A stretch of 64,000 nt of DNA, taken from Octopus sinensis. Its lineage: Eukaryota. This document shows, in pieces, positions 26,566 to 38,895 of the stretch (positions within the stretch are counted from its first letter, which is position 1; each line of letters begins with the position of its first letter). The DNA lies in contig NC_043001.1 of NCBI RefSeq assembly GCF_006345805.1, positions 107,632,001 to 107,696,000 on the forward strand, given 5' to 3'. Below the pieces are notes generated by a model, which made no database searches, was not told the origin of the DNA, and saw only the letters and a list, made by a program, of their open reading frames with translations. The translations under genes and the position numbers were made by a program.

Positions 26566-27139
26566 AAGATAAGAAAATGGAGAAATACATCTAAATCAAA
26601 TATCAATTACCAGATAATACTTAATCATATAATTTATTAAACCACCACATAAGAGACTGTAGGGGTAGATATAAAAAGCAGAACAAATCAGTGTACATAA
26701 AGGAATGTACATAAAAAAGTGTACATAAAAAAGTAATGTTGTATAATAAGTAGAATATATATGTAGACTGATTTATATTACATAATCTCCGAAGAGGCCT
26801 TATGATATTTTTGTAAATGTCTCATTTATATCTATATATTGAACTACCATAAAGGGCTGATATTGGTAAAATGAGACATACTTATCTACATGGCCGAAAC
26901 TGCTGTAAGATGTAATCTATACTTATATTTATATTCTCTTTTATATATATTCTACTTATTATACAACATTACTTTTTTATGTACACTTTTTTATGTACAT
27001 TCCTTTATGTACACTGATTTGTTCTGCTTTTTATATATAACCCTACAGTCTCTTATGTGGTGGTTTAATAAAGTATGTGATTAAGTATTATCTGGTAATT
27101 GATATTTGATTTAGATGTATTTCTCCATTTTCTTATCTT
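26566..27139. mobile_element. Fold-back element: near-perfect arms of about 197 bp around a 180-bp spacer holding a hammerhead-like motif
   Basis: 26566-26762 versus 26943-27139. Spacer at 26785-26911 reads AUCU-CCGAAGA-GGCC..GGCC-GAA-ACUGCUGU-A-AGAU. Confidence 0.85.
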
Positions 27140-28164
27140 GTATTAGTAATTTGTGGTAAATCATTTTACCTTTGCCCATATAATACAGTAAATGAATTGA
27201 TTACATCGCAATCATTAACATTTATGTATTAACTTTGTTGGGTACCTCACTGGCAGTATATTGGATATATGTTATCCCATGGAGGGTTGCATTTACAACC
27301 CCTATCTCAATTTGTAACTATATATATATACATTCATGTGTTTGTGTGTATATACACAAACATGCTAATATCGGACAGAAATAATGAGTGTTAACACCAT
27401 ATTGGTAAATAAATATGTTATTTTTTTGCGGACTAACAAGGCTACCGATGGTTTCGTACTAAGTGATTTTCCCAATTGTTCAAGCGTATCACATCGAAGT
27501 GTTGATATTCGTCTCCATATACGACTTTGATCAACCCAGTGATATACGAGAATCCACTTACGGACTAGAGATATACGAGAAGACATTTACCCAAATTGCC
27601 ACGCAGTGAGACTGAACCGAGAACCATGTGAGTGAGAAGCAAAAACCTTATCACACAGGACCATTTGTGTTCAGCGACGCCAATACAAATGCATATGTGT
27701 ATATATCACACGAAACTGTAAATTATGTGACCTGTACCTGTCTGTGACTATCACGTTCTGTCGTCTGCGTAGTATATCGTAGAACATAAACAATTATTGC
27801 AGCTAAAGTTCATTGCTTTCTTACTTGAACTAATGACTAACGATTCGTGGAAATTTCTGTAAGCTGTATGCAGTCTCGTGAATCCTCGTTTTTGATCTCC
27901 CACGAGAATTTTAATGTATGTATGTATGCGTCTTCCGCGAATAGGAAAGTATGTGAGTGTATGTGTGCGTGTGTGTATGTGTGTGTGTGTGTGGTGTGGT
28001 GTGTGTGTGTGCTTATTTACACACTCACAGAGACAAACACACAGACATACGTTTGTATACGCGCGTACGTTTGTGTGCATGAGCATATAACGTACGAGAG
28101 TGTAGATATGATCCCGACAATATTTATATTCTCGAATCTCTTCTTTAGCGAATCGAAACTTTGG

Positions 28165-28188
28165 TGAATAATAATAATAATAATAATA

Positions 28189-28221
<33 letters not shown>

Positions 28222-28500
28222 GAAGAAAGAAGAAGAGAAGAAGAAGAAGAAGAAGAAGAAGAAAAAGAAGAAGAAGAGGAGGAGGGGGAGGAGGGGGAGG
28301 AGGGGACGAAGAAGAAGAGGAGGAGGAGGAGGAGGAAGCAGAAAAAGAAGAAGAGGAGGAGGAGGAGGTGGAGAAGGAGGAAGCAGAAAAAGAAGAAGAG
28401 GAGGAGGAGGAGGAGGAGGAGGAGGTGGAGAAGGAGGAAGAAGAAGAAGAAGAAGAAGAAGAAGAAGAAGAAGAAGAAGAAGAAGGAAGAAGAAGAAATA
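28165..28500. repeat. Compound (AAT)n(GAA)n(GAG)n microsatellite
   Basis: Direct reading. Confidence 0.95.
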
Positions 28501-28868
28501 ATGCACTTAGAAAAAGTTAAGAAGCAGTTAATATTATTTAATGGTTGAACGATTCCCTGTGTCCTCAACTATACCATATCTGTAACTGACAATGTTTTTC
28601 ATCTGCTAGCTTGGAGTTTCACCTGAATTTTGTGGTTTGAATTGTCATCACTTCGATTTTTCGCTTTAAAGAGTCTCGGATTACCATTTTAGATTTGTCG
28701 AACAGAGATTTTATCAGAAATTTAACATCAAAGTAGAAAATCAAAGGCAAGGGTAATGAGCGCTTAGTGTGATTAAAAGATGGGATAATTTCAACCACAC
28801 AGGTGTTTTAGAAACTATCATGACCACGAAAATATTCTTTTCTTTTCGTTGTTTATGCTTGAGTTTAG

Positions 28869-29188
28869 TGAAGGCGCCTGGCTCAGTGGTTAGAGCGTCA
28901 GGCTCACAATCATGGGTTAGCGAGTTCGATTCCCAGACGAGCTGTCTGTTGTGTTCTTGGGCAAGACACCTTGTTTCACGTTGCTCCAGTTCACTCATAT
29001 GTATAAATGTGTCGCGGCTTCACTGGTGCCATACTATATCGGCCTTTGCCTTTCATTTGAATAACACTGGTGGAACGGAGAGGGGGGTAAATATGCATGA
29101 GAGGCTGCTGGTCTTCCATAAGCAATCTTGTCCGGAGGGTAATTTTCTAGGTGCAATCCCATGGTTATTTATGACCGAAGGAAGCCCT
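28869..29188 (+). mobile_element. tRNA-derived SINE, family C
   Basis: ggcgcctggctcagtggttagagcg (A box), gagttcgattccc (B box), cttgggcaagacac..gctccagttcactc body. Confidence 0.85.
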
Positions 29189-29250
29189 TGCCGTTTCACT
29201 TGATTTTAGAGGTACATCAAATCATTATACATTGTTTCCTTGCTATCAAA

Positions 29251-29359
29251 TATTGGGTTGTCCGGAAAGTTCGTGCCGATTTATTGTAGCTTACTTTTCA
29301 ACTTTGTTTAGAACATGGCTGAGTCCAAAAAATAGGATTTGACTACACGCACATTTAGA

Positions 29360-29362
<3 letters not shown>
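29251..29362. mobile_element. Possible mariner/MITE terminus
   Basis: TA followed by ttgggttgtccggaaagttcgtgccgattt resembles mariner-type TIRs. No partner TIR found. Confidence 0.3.
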
Positions 29363-29402
<40 letters not shown>

Positions 29403-29403
<1 letters not shown>

Positions 29404-30373
29404 CAGCAAAATCAAGGAACGGCCATAATAGGCCATTCACCCACTAGAATACCAGCCAAGGCTTCAACCGCAAAAACCACATCAATTCCGTAAACCAGGA
29501 GAAATTTAAAAAAAACATTTACCCTGTAATTCTTTTATAGATGCACCGTTTCGTCTATTGTTTAATGGTAAACTAACCTGATTAAATTAAATCAAGCTAG
29601 TCTTCCATAGGCCGATAGATTCATCAGTAAAGAACGGCCAGATCGGAGCAGATATTTACACGAGGCACTTCCACCACTGTCTCAGCAATATCTGACCTAA
29701 AATTTTCAAATCATCGCACTCGCGCCAAATTTATCGGCAGCAAATATAAGCCGCCGATTCCATTACGGAATTAACCAGAAAATTCATAATTAATCAATAT
29801 AGGGTGGCAAAAAATTTAATTTTTTCCCACTAGGCCGCTGGTGGCAAAAAATTCTGCGAAATTTTTTGCCACCCTATATTGATTAATTATGAATTTTCTG
29901 GTTAATTCCGTAATGGAATCGGCGGCTTATATTAGCTGCCGATAAATTTGGCGCGAGTGCGATGATTTGAAAATTTTAGGTCAGATATTGCTGAGACAGT
30001 GGTGGAAGTGCCTCGTGTAAATATCTGCTCCGATCTGGCCGTTCTTTACTGATGAATCTATCGGCCTATGGAAGACTAGCTTGATTTAATTTAATCAGGT
30101 TAGTTTACCATTAAACAATAGACGAAACGGTGCATCGTATAAAGAATTACAGGGTAAATGTTTTTTTTAATTTTCTCCTGGTTTACGGAATTGATGTTGT
30201 TTTGCGGTTGAAGCCTTGGCTGTTATTTCTAGTGGGTGAATGGCCTATTATGGCCGTTCCTTGATTTTGCTGTTGAATTTATAAATGGTCTATGACTATT
30301 TAATTTTTTCCCACTAGGCCGCTGGTGGCAAAAAATTCTGCGAAATTTTTTGCCACCCTATATTGATTAATTA
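29403..30373. mobile_element. Non-coding Penelope-type (retrozyme-like) element: 415-bp inverted duplication plus a partial tandem repeat, inserted in (TA)n
   Basis: Arms 29403-29817 and 29859-30273 differ at only a handful of sites. About 73 bp at 29817-29889 repeats directly at 30301-30373. (TA)n on both sides. Confidence 0.85.
30042..30146 (+). ncRNA. Type I hammerhead ribozyme with extended stem II
   Basis: Stem I UUCUUUA/UAAAGAA; core CUGAUGA; stem II (A.C)UCUAU/AUAGA plus inner ACUAGCUUGAUU/AAUCAGGUUAGU; GAA; stem III ACG(GUGCAU)CGU; GUA triplet, with predicted cleavage after 30139. Confidence 0.7.
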
Positions 30374-30411
30374 TATATATATATATATATATATACATAT
30401 ACATACATATA

Positions 30412-30577
30412 TTCGACGGGCTTCTTTCAGTTTCCGTCTACCAAATCCACTCACAAGGCTTTGGTCGGCCCGGGGCTATAGTAGAAGACACTTGCCCAAG
30501 GTGCCACGCAGTGGGAATGAACCCGGAACCATGTGGTTCGTAAACAAGCTACTTACCACACAGCCACTCCTGCGCCT
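30412..30577 (-). mobile_element. SINE family B, 5' half
   Basis: Reverse complement of ggagtggctgtgtggtaagtagcttg..accttgggcaagtgtcttc..gaagcccgtcg. Confidence 0.9.
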
Positions 30578-31297
30578 TTGATGGAAAAAGAAAAGCGAAT
30601 CCGAGTTTAGCAAGATTAGAGCTGTAACAAAATACTGCAAAACAATTTGTTCGACACGAATAATTAATGATTCAATTCATACAAAGTCCTGCTTAGTCCC
30701 AGTTCAATCCTGTTCGAGCAGTTCTATATGACCAGTGACATTCCACATATGACTATTCCGCCATTTTTGATCATGTGAAAAACAACCATGATTTGATGTA
30801 TTGTTTTCATATTTAAGAAGTTATGATGTGAAATGAGAGAGATTCTGCAGCCATTTCAAGATGGTTGAATGATCACATCGAAATCCCAGGATATAAGAAT
30901 TTTGGCAAAGAGAACCAGATTTTCTGGTTTTATTACTTTTGAGAGATGATCGAAGAGATAACCGTCATCAAATTAAATTTACAGAGAGCAGGATTGAGAA
31001 CCGGTTTGTTTTTATCATATCTCAGTTTGTTACCAGAGTCACTACACATATGCACGCACACACACACATGCAAAAATACACACATACACATACATATAAA
31101 AATATCTGTGTATACATATACATATATACACGTGTGTTTCTGTTCCTGATTATATATATTAAGTAATGTATACATCTAATTTCTCTCTCACACACTCTGT
31201 TTCATATATAATAATAATAATAATAATAATATTAATAATAATAACAATAATAATAATAATAACAACAACAACAACAACAACAATAATAATAATATAA

Positions 31298-31368
<71 letters not shown>

Positions 31369-31442
31369 TGACAACAAAAGAATGGATGAGACCTCAATAT
31401 TATGTAAAATAGAGGAATTTATCTATAAACATAATATGAGAC

Positions 31443-31612
31443 AATTAGTTGGTGGCCATAATAAAACTCAGAGTTTCGGATACCGGGGAGGAAATCTGCT
31501 CCGGCATCTCAGATATTAAATTTTTGTTTTGTCTTAATAACTGATGAGAGGCCGGAGTAGACTTTATCCCCGGTACCCGAAACTCTGAGTTTTATTATGA
31601 CAACCAACTAAT
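31443..31612. mobile_element. Fold-back Penelope-type repeat
   Basis: Arms of about 78 bp (31443-31520 and 31534-31612) around a short T-rich loop. Confidence 0.8.
31535..31597 (+). ncRNA. Type I hammerhead ribozyme motif
   Basis: Stem I UAAUAA/UUAUUA; CUGAUGA; stem II containing GCCGG/CCGGU with an imperfect base; GAA; near-palindromic stem III ACUC-U-GAGU; GUU triplet. Confidence 0.55.
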
Positions 31613-32082
31613 CGCCACATATTATATATATATCGATAGATGGATGTATTCGTTAACAGAATAATAGTTCTTACTATTTTTCGCTTGATGTTCGGAAAGG
31701 AGAAAATTACAAATCGTGTGATTCATTTTTTAATCATTTCTCACTCTCATACGCTGACACATTCGAACTAGTTTTCTCACCGCTGTTAATACAGTCACAA
31801 AGGTTTTCCCGCTGTACCCTCCTTCCTCTTTCCTGTGCTTGTCGCATTTGACACTGTTCTCAGAATATTAAACCCATCCTTTTTATTAAAACCAAAAGAA
31901 TCGATTCAATTTCCAAAACAAGGATATTTTTATAATAGTTATTTTCCCGCTTGTAATGTCGCTTACTCTCTTTACTTTAAGCATGGAGCGTGCGCGTGAG
32001 CATGTATAAGACTGTATGAAATCAGTTGTCAGATAATTTTCGTTCGTTTTTTTTTCCCCAGTGCGCCGGTTACATACGTATT

Positions 32083-32635
32083 CTTTTCTACTCTAGGCAC
32101 TAGGCCCGAAATATATTTTGGTTTGGGGTCAGTCGATTGGTACTTAATTTATCGAAAGGATGAAAGGCAAAGTCGGCCTCGGCTGAATTTGAGCTCGGAA
32201 CGTGGAGACAGACGAAATACCTTTTTCTCTACTACCCACAAGGGGCTAAATACAGAGAGGACAAACAAGGTCAGACAAACGGATTAAGTCGATTATATCG
32301 ACCCCAGTGCGTAACTGGTACTTATTTAATTGACCCGGAAAGGATGAAAGGCAAAGTCGGCCTCGGCTGAATTTGAGCTCGGAACGTGGAGACAGACGAA
32401 ATACTTATTTCTTTATTACCCTCAAGGCGCTAAACACAGAGAGGACAAACAGGGACAGACAGACGGATTAAGTTGATTATATCGACCCCAGTGCGTAACT
32501 GGTACTTATTTAATTTACCCCGAAAGGATGAAAGGCAAAGTCGACCTCGGTGGAATTTGAACTCAGAACGTAGCGGCAGACGAAATACTGCTAGGCATTT
32601 CGCCTGGCGTGCTAACGATTCCACCAGCTCGCCGC
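32083..32635 (-). mobile_element. SINE family A trimer with a 13-bp target-site duplication (1 mismatch)
   Basis: One headed unit plus two head-truncated units. ttacatacgtatt (32070-32082) and ttacatatgtatt (32636-32648). Confidence 0.9.
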
Positions 32636-32758
32636 TTACATATGTATTAAATAATGAAGTATACCACTCTGTAGCAAGAGCACCCACGAAAACAAAAAGT
32701 GTCACGGAAGAGGTCACGGACGTGTGACAAAAGATTTCCGTACAATGGACATAAGGTA

Positions 32759-32795
<37 letters not shown>

Positions 32796-33480
32796 ATATA
32801 TATATATTTCCATTTTCTAATATATACGTTCTGTGTTGTGCTTAAATATTTAGTACCTCATTCACCCCCGCACACATACACACGCGCACCCGTATACGCA
32901 TATGCACACACGCATATTCAAACGCATATGCAAACATTTATTTCTTTATTTTTATTTCTACATTTTTTTTGATGGGTTGGGGTATAAAAGCAAATATGTT
33001 TCATATCTTTTTGTCATAGATGTGTGCAGAGTACGATATAAGTTAATTACATGTAAAGCAAATAGAATTACAAATATTTTTTTTCCTATTTTACAATTCT
33101 TTTTGTTTCTGGCGTTTTGTAAACAATAAAAGGAACGGCTTCCGAGCAATCAATCTATGTGTTACTGCATTCCCGATGGCGACTGTTAAAGGGAGTTTTT
33201 ATATATCTTGGTTGGAATAAATAGCGAAAAGGTACTTTTGATGAACGAACCGGTTTATCAGCAATTTCCCGCCCTTGTGCACATACGAACAACAATGCCA
33301 GAGAAACAATTATTCACTTAAGTGTATGTTGTGTTGGAGGGTGTTAGTACCACATGAATAGTACCTCATGGGTTACTAATGTATTAAGTCAAAGACGCGA
33401 CATATGTGAGGATCAAGTTAAATGATTGAAATAGCAGCCAAATTCTCACCACCTCACAGTACACAAATGTATTCATATAT

Positions 33481-33815
33481 GCGGAGGCGCAATGGCCCAG
33501 TGGCTAGCGCAGTGGACTCGCGATCATAAGATCGCGTTTTCGATTCCCAGACCGGGCGTTGTGAGTGTTTATTGAGCGAAAACACCTAAAGCTCCACGAG
33601 GCTCCGGCAGTGGGTGGTGGCGACCCGTGCTATACCCTTTCTCCACAGCTTTCTCTCACTCCTTCTTCTTGTTTTTGTTGTCCCTTTATTTCAAAGGGCC
33701 AGCCTTGTAACATTCTGTGTCACGCTGAATCTCTCCAAGAACTACGTTAATGGGAGTGCTCACCCACTTGCACGTTAATTTCACGAGCAGGCTGTTCCGT
33801 TGATTGGAACCCTCG
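33481..33815 (+). mobile_element. tRNA-derived SINE, family D
   Basis: ggaggcgcaatggcccagtggctagcgcagtggactcgc..ttcgattcccagacc head, followed by a body distinct from families A-C. Confidence 0.8.
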
Positions 33816-33975
33816 TGATTTCAATTCCTTGACGTGTAGGTGCGTTGCATTCTTGAGCAAATCGCTACATCTCAGATTGCTCTATGATCACTTTGACACC
33901 TGACGCGCAGTACACCGTGCACCTGTCCAGGCAACCTCGATATGTTGGAGGGAATGAGATACTCAATGCCACGAA

Positions 33976-34390
33976 AGGCGGCGAGCTGGCAGAATGGTTA
34001 GCACGCCGGGCGAAATGCGTAGCCGTATTTCGTCTGCCGTTACGTTCTGAGTTCAAATTCCGCCGAGGTCGACTTTGCCTTTCATCCTTTCGGCGTCGGT
34101 AGATTAAGTACCAGTTACGCACTGGGGTCGATGTAATCGACTTAATCCGTTTGTCTGTCCCTGTTTGTCCCCTCTGTGTTTAGCCCCTTGTGGGTAGTAA
34201 AGAAATAGGTATTTCGTCTGCCGTTACGTTCTGAGTTCAAATTCCGCCGAGGTCGACTTTGCCTTTCATCCTTTCGGGATCGATAAATTAAGTACCAGTT
34301 ACGCACTGGGGTCGATATAATCGACTTAATCCGTTTGTCTATCTCTGCTTGTCCCCTCTGTGTTTAGCCCCTTGTGGGTAATAAAGAAAC
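33976..34390 (+). mobile_element. SINE family A dimer with a perfect 19-bp target-site duplication
   Basis: AGATACTCAATGCCACGAA at 33957-33975 and 34391-34409. Confidence 0.95.
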
Positions 34391-37300
34391 AGATACTCAA
34401 TGCCACGAACATTTGAACGCTATAAAGAAATCATTGTGTAGGTCGTTCGGCAAACGTCGACTGTTTATACGTCGTCTTAGGAGAAAACAGTTTGAATTAT
34501 TTTGGCCGTATTTATATTAGATGGAGTGTGCATCATTTATCATTAGTATTTACAGGTTGGCACTTTCCTGTTTTGGCATTGATTATATTTGTTGACGTGC
34601 CGTTTATTTCCCTTCATTTACTGATAGGGTGCGATGTGTTTAAATTTAATTTTTATCTTTTTATTTCTCTGTTAATTTTTTAAAGACGAACTCTTTTTTT
34701 TTCTGTCACGTTTCCTGTAATAAATTCATTTGGTTTCGCGTGTTTGTATTACATTGCACTTTTAAATATTGTTGCTTTAGAGATTAGGAAATTTTAAGCA
34801 CTTGCTTTTTTGAGAATGCTGGTATATAAGTCGTCTTAATCAAATCATAAAATTCAAGTCAAACTTGACAATTTGTGTCACCGTTTGTTATTTTCAGACT
34901 GAAGCATATTTTTTTCTAAACATAAAACTAGGCCTACATTACTCTGTATTTGAATTGCATTTTAAAAGCTTCTACATCACTTATAAGACGGCAGTGTGAT
35001 TACGGAAGCAATATTTATCAGTTGTTCCTTCTAAGCCGGATTAGGTGTTCTTTGATCGGTACGGTTTGATCCAATTTTGACTCCTCTTCATTATTTTGTA
35101 TCATTACTCGTATGATAACACTATAAACAGGATACGCTATACAAAATAAGCAACTTGTGAAAAGTCATATCATATACTTACTGAAGAATTAGAAAAGTAG
35201 AGGTTCTAATTTGAAAAGAAATAAAATCGGAAGAAAATACATTAAGAAAAGGTAAAAATACATTAAAAATGAATGAAAATACTAAAATAACACGTCTGAC
35301 ATTTGGAAAAACAATTAGAAAGTTTGAGACATTGTATTTACACAAGCCAACCCTAAAACAAAAGCTGATGACGGTCTGCGAGAGCTCATTCACTCTATTC
35401 TCTTGTTTCACCATTTCTTTCTAATTATTATCATTTTTCTTCCTAGGAATTTTATCTTATCTTCTCTCCTTCATTTTGCTTTTTTGCACAATAAAGGAAA
35501 TGTCAAACATTGTAAGTGAATGTGTGAGAAAAAATATTTGAACTCTGAAAAATATATCTATGAAGCGACGTTTTCAGTCATTTACGTTTCTCTGCTAACT
35601 TATCAAATACTTATCAAACACAATTGCATGCAATAGATGGGTTTTGAAAAGTTTAAAATTGCTAATTTTCCAAGATTTTAATTGTTGTGTATGAGGGGCC
35701 CCACCGAATTTGAAGTGCCCCGGGCCCCCATGGTTTAAATCCGACCCTGGATATTTAACCAATTAACTAACCAGAAAGAAAGTGATATTGAACTATTGCA
35801 TGTATCATTATTGGCGTGATGACTCTCACAAGACACGACCATACATAATCATTTACATTTTAACGCTCTATGTCTATAAGCGAATACTGCGTTTGAGTAA
35901 GACTTTCAGGATATACACACTTCAAGCACGCATACAGACGCTTAACATTTAAACTTCACATATATTTCTCAATATATAAAAAAGCACTGGTCCTCTTAGT
36001 TAGATGATTACCAAAAGCTTGCTTTTGCTACATGTTGCAGTCACTCAATTTAGAAAAATGCTCAAAAAACTTTAAGAATTCTGCATGGTTTTGAGTCGTT
36101 GCTCCTTAAAGAACCCAATCAGTATTTCTTTTATATAATTTCCCATAAGTGGCTTCAGAGTGATAACTATACCTATAATAGCTTCTACTCTAGTTTCCTG
36201 TTAATAGATAGGATATACCAAATCCTCTTTGAAAAAGGAGCAGAATGTTTCGGTTTGAGCCTTTGGGTATATTTTATTTTTGCTGTTGAAGCACGTCATT
36301 TCGCTGCGTTTGCCTCATTTTATTTCGGTCAGATATTGCATCTTCTGTATTGATTGATTAATGTCGCTTTGTTATGAAAAATTGCAGTTTTGAAGAATGC
36401 TTCTGGTTTAGCTATTTGCACAGGAAATACGTGATTAGTTCTGGGGCCTTGTGTGCATGTGTGCGTGTGTGTGGGAGAGAGAGAGAGAGAGAGGGTGAGA
36501 GAGAAAAAGATTGACCAGATATGAATTTACAATAAAGTATTTCATTTTTCCGTTGGGTATGAGTCGTAAGTGAATTATTTCCAACGACACAATTTAATTA
36601 TTCACTGAGGCTGTTGCTTGCATAGAAATATCAGGTTTCATTTTTGTCTTTATCAGCATTCTTTCCATTTACTGCCCTCTCACTTTCATTCAAAATTTCT
36701 CCGTGGGTCATTCTTAATTGTGTTTTCACCTTGACAGTTGTTTGTGTATTCAGGCTATATTGTTAGGAATAACTTCTTCGAAAATATGATTTTATGAATC
36801 TTGGCCATTCTATCAGGGACATACATAATGCATGTAGCTAGCATTATGGACATAAATTGCTTCCGTTTTATATCATTGACTTTCATATTACATAACTTAT
36901 TTCATCTTGTGGAGTTCTTTATCAACTGGTTTTCTGTTCCTCTTGAGAATATGCAGGCTCGATTGTGTTGGAATTCTTCTTGACACGTGACGACCTAACT
37001 GGTTCGTTTAGATCGTACCCTGTTACTTCACTTATATTTTGTCACTTCCATATTGTGGATGCATTTTTTATTATATTTGTTTTACCGTTATATGTATATT
37101 TGTTTCCTGAAAAGAATACAATCGGATATTCTAGTCGTCAACGGCCGTAGTGTGTTCTTCTGCTAGAAAATGTTTACAACGAGAAATAATAAAATCACCA
37201 AAACGAAAGCCATTCCTAGGCTGAGTTGCTATTGTCAATAGTGCGACGAACAAAATCCTTTACGGAATAGGGGTTGAGTACATTTATGTTCTCAGTTCAA

Positions 37301-37629
37301 ATACTAGAAGCTATATTTGCTACTCATCGTACCGGGATCAAATACCAGTGAAGTTACTTTGGTTAATTTTACTCCACCTCTCTCACCTAGGTACCGATTA
37401 AGTTGACTACCTCTCCCACCCCACCTTCATCAACAATATTTGACTTTCTGCCAATATAATTAATCCTCATTAATTCTTTTCTCAATATCGCCATCATTAT
37501 CTCCATCGTCGTTGTCCTAAAAGTACTATTTTTTTCTGTTAGTCTTATATTTTATACTACGGGATGGGATCATATGTATTCCGGGGTCACGAAACAACCC
37601 TTTAAACAGTGTTTCATTTAGTTACATCG

Positions 37630-37850
37630 TGGTGGCTAGCTGGGAGAATCGCTAGCAGGCCCAATAAAATGCTTAACGGCATTTCTTTCGACTTTACGTT
37701 TGAAGTTCAAATTCTGCCGAGGTCGACGTTGCTTTTCATTCTTTCAGGGTCGATAAATTTAGTTCCAGCCGATTACCGAAAGTTGATGTAATCGACTACC
37801 CTCTTCTTTTTCCAAAATTTCAGGTTTTGTGCCTGTAGTAGGAAGGGTTA
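37630..37850 (+). mobile_element. SINE family A (diverged)
   Basis: gctgggagaatcgctagc..gaagttcaaattctgccgaggtcgac..gtcgataaatt. Confidence 0.75.
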
Positions 37851-38722
37851 TTTAATGGTGATAGGAATAGAAAGGGTGATCACTTTCCCCGCTGACATTT
37901 TCGCCGCTTTATGCGTAATAATCCAATCAACTCACTACAACCTCCATTCTGCAGACACCGCGTTCTTTTCTCTCTTAAGTATTCTGTTATTCGCTCACTG
38001 CAACACAGAACATCCCTATCTCCACCCGGGTGCTGCTATCGCACTCCACTTTTTTGTGTCATTTCAGCCCTCCATCAAGCTCCTCAGTAGTCACATCCTC
38101 AATCAGGATGCACCGTATCCTCAGAGCTGTAGAAGTGCCTTCAACTGCTCGCCGAGGTTTTTACTGCTGACATAGTTACAAATATTTAAAATTAACATTG
38201 TATTGATTTAACCAGCCCCAGAAAGCTTGTAAATACCACAGATATAAAGCATCATATAAATCTGGATGGCTATTGCTCAAATCTGAGGGGGGCCACTAAC
38301 TCCCACAAGTGAGAGAAAACAAAATTAACAAAATTAAATCTAACTCAATAATACAATTTAGAACACTGAATAACTCCACAGGTAGAAAGCATGGGGTCTT
38401 CAATTAGTAGAAATATAAGGAGACACGTAAAAATAGGGATTTTTGTTAAACAAATAGACATTCAACAAAGGCCTCTCCGTTTCAGTTATAAAAAGAATTC
38501 AGACAGTTAGTAATTCATTGTTTCGAAGAGAAATTCAGAACACTTGCTGTATAATTAATGTCTTGTCAACAGCTTTGTTATAAAACATATCACAGTTTTA
38601 ATAAAAAGAAAGGTTAAAGCTACAAAAATACCAGGAAGTGTTTTGCAATGCATCACGTGTCAGAAAAATTAACGACATGCCTCAGCTACATTAATATATG
38701 TTCACAGGAAGACACAGCTAAA

Positions 38723-38779
<57 letters not shown>

Positions 38780-38850
38780 TATATACATGCATCTCTCTCC
38801 ACACACACTCACACGCATCCACACACAAACGCACTAACACATACACACAA

Positions 38851-38895
<45 letters not shown>

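Noticed and set aside
28161-28520. 119-aa ORF with basic, Gly and acidic tracts resembling a nucleolar protein
   Set aside because: Built from consecutive AAT, GAA and GAG repeats with no unique sequence or splice support.
32083-32635. Regularly repeated units superficially like a CRISPR array
   Set aside because: The units are whole SINE bodies of about 180 bp with no unique spacers, in eukaryotic DNA without cas genes.
33481-33555. tRNA-like sequences here and at 18228, 24357 and 28869
   Set aside because: They are SINE heads without a full cloverleaf, so they are not called as tRNA genes.
35690-35752. GC-rich end ..aatccgaccctg resembling a hAT/MITE terminus
   Set aside because: Only a weak partial partner near 35035 and no TSD found.
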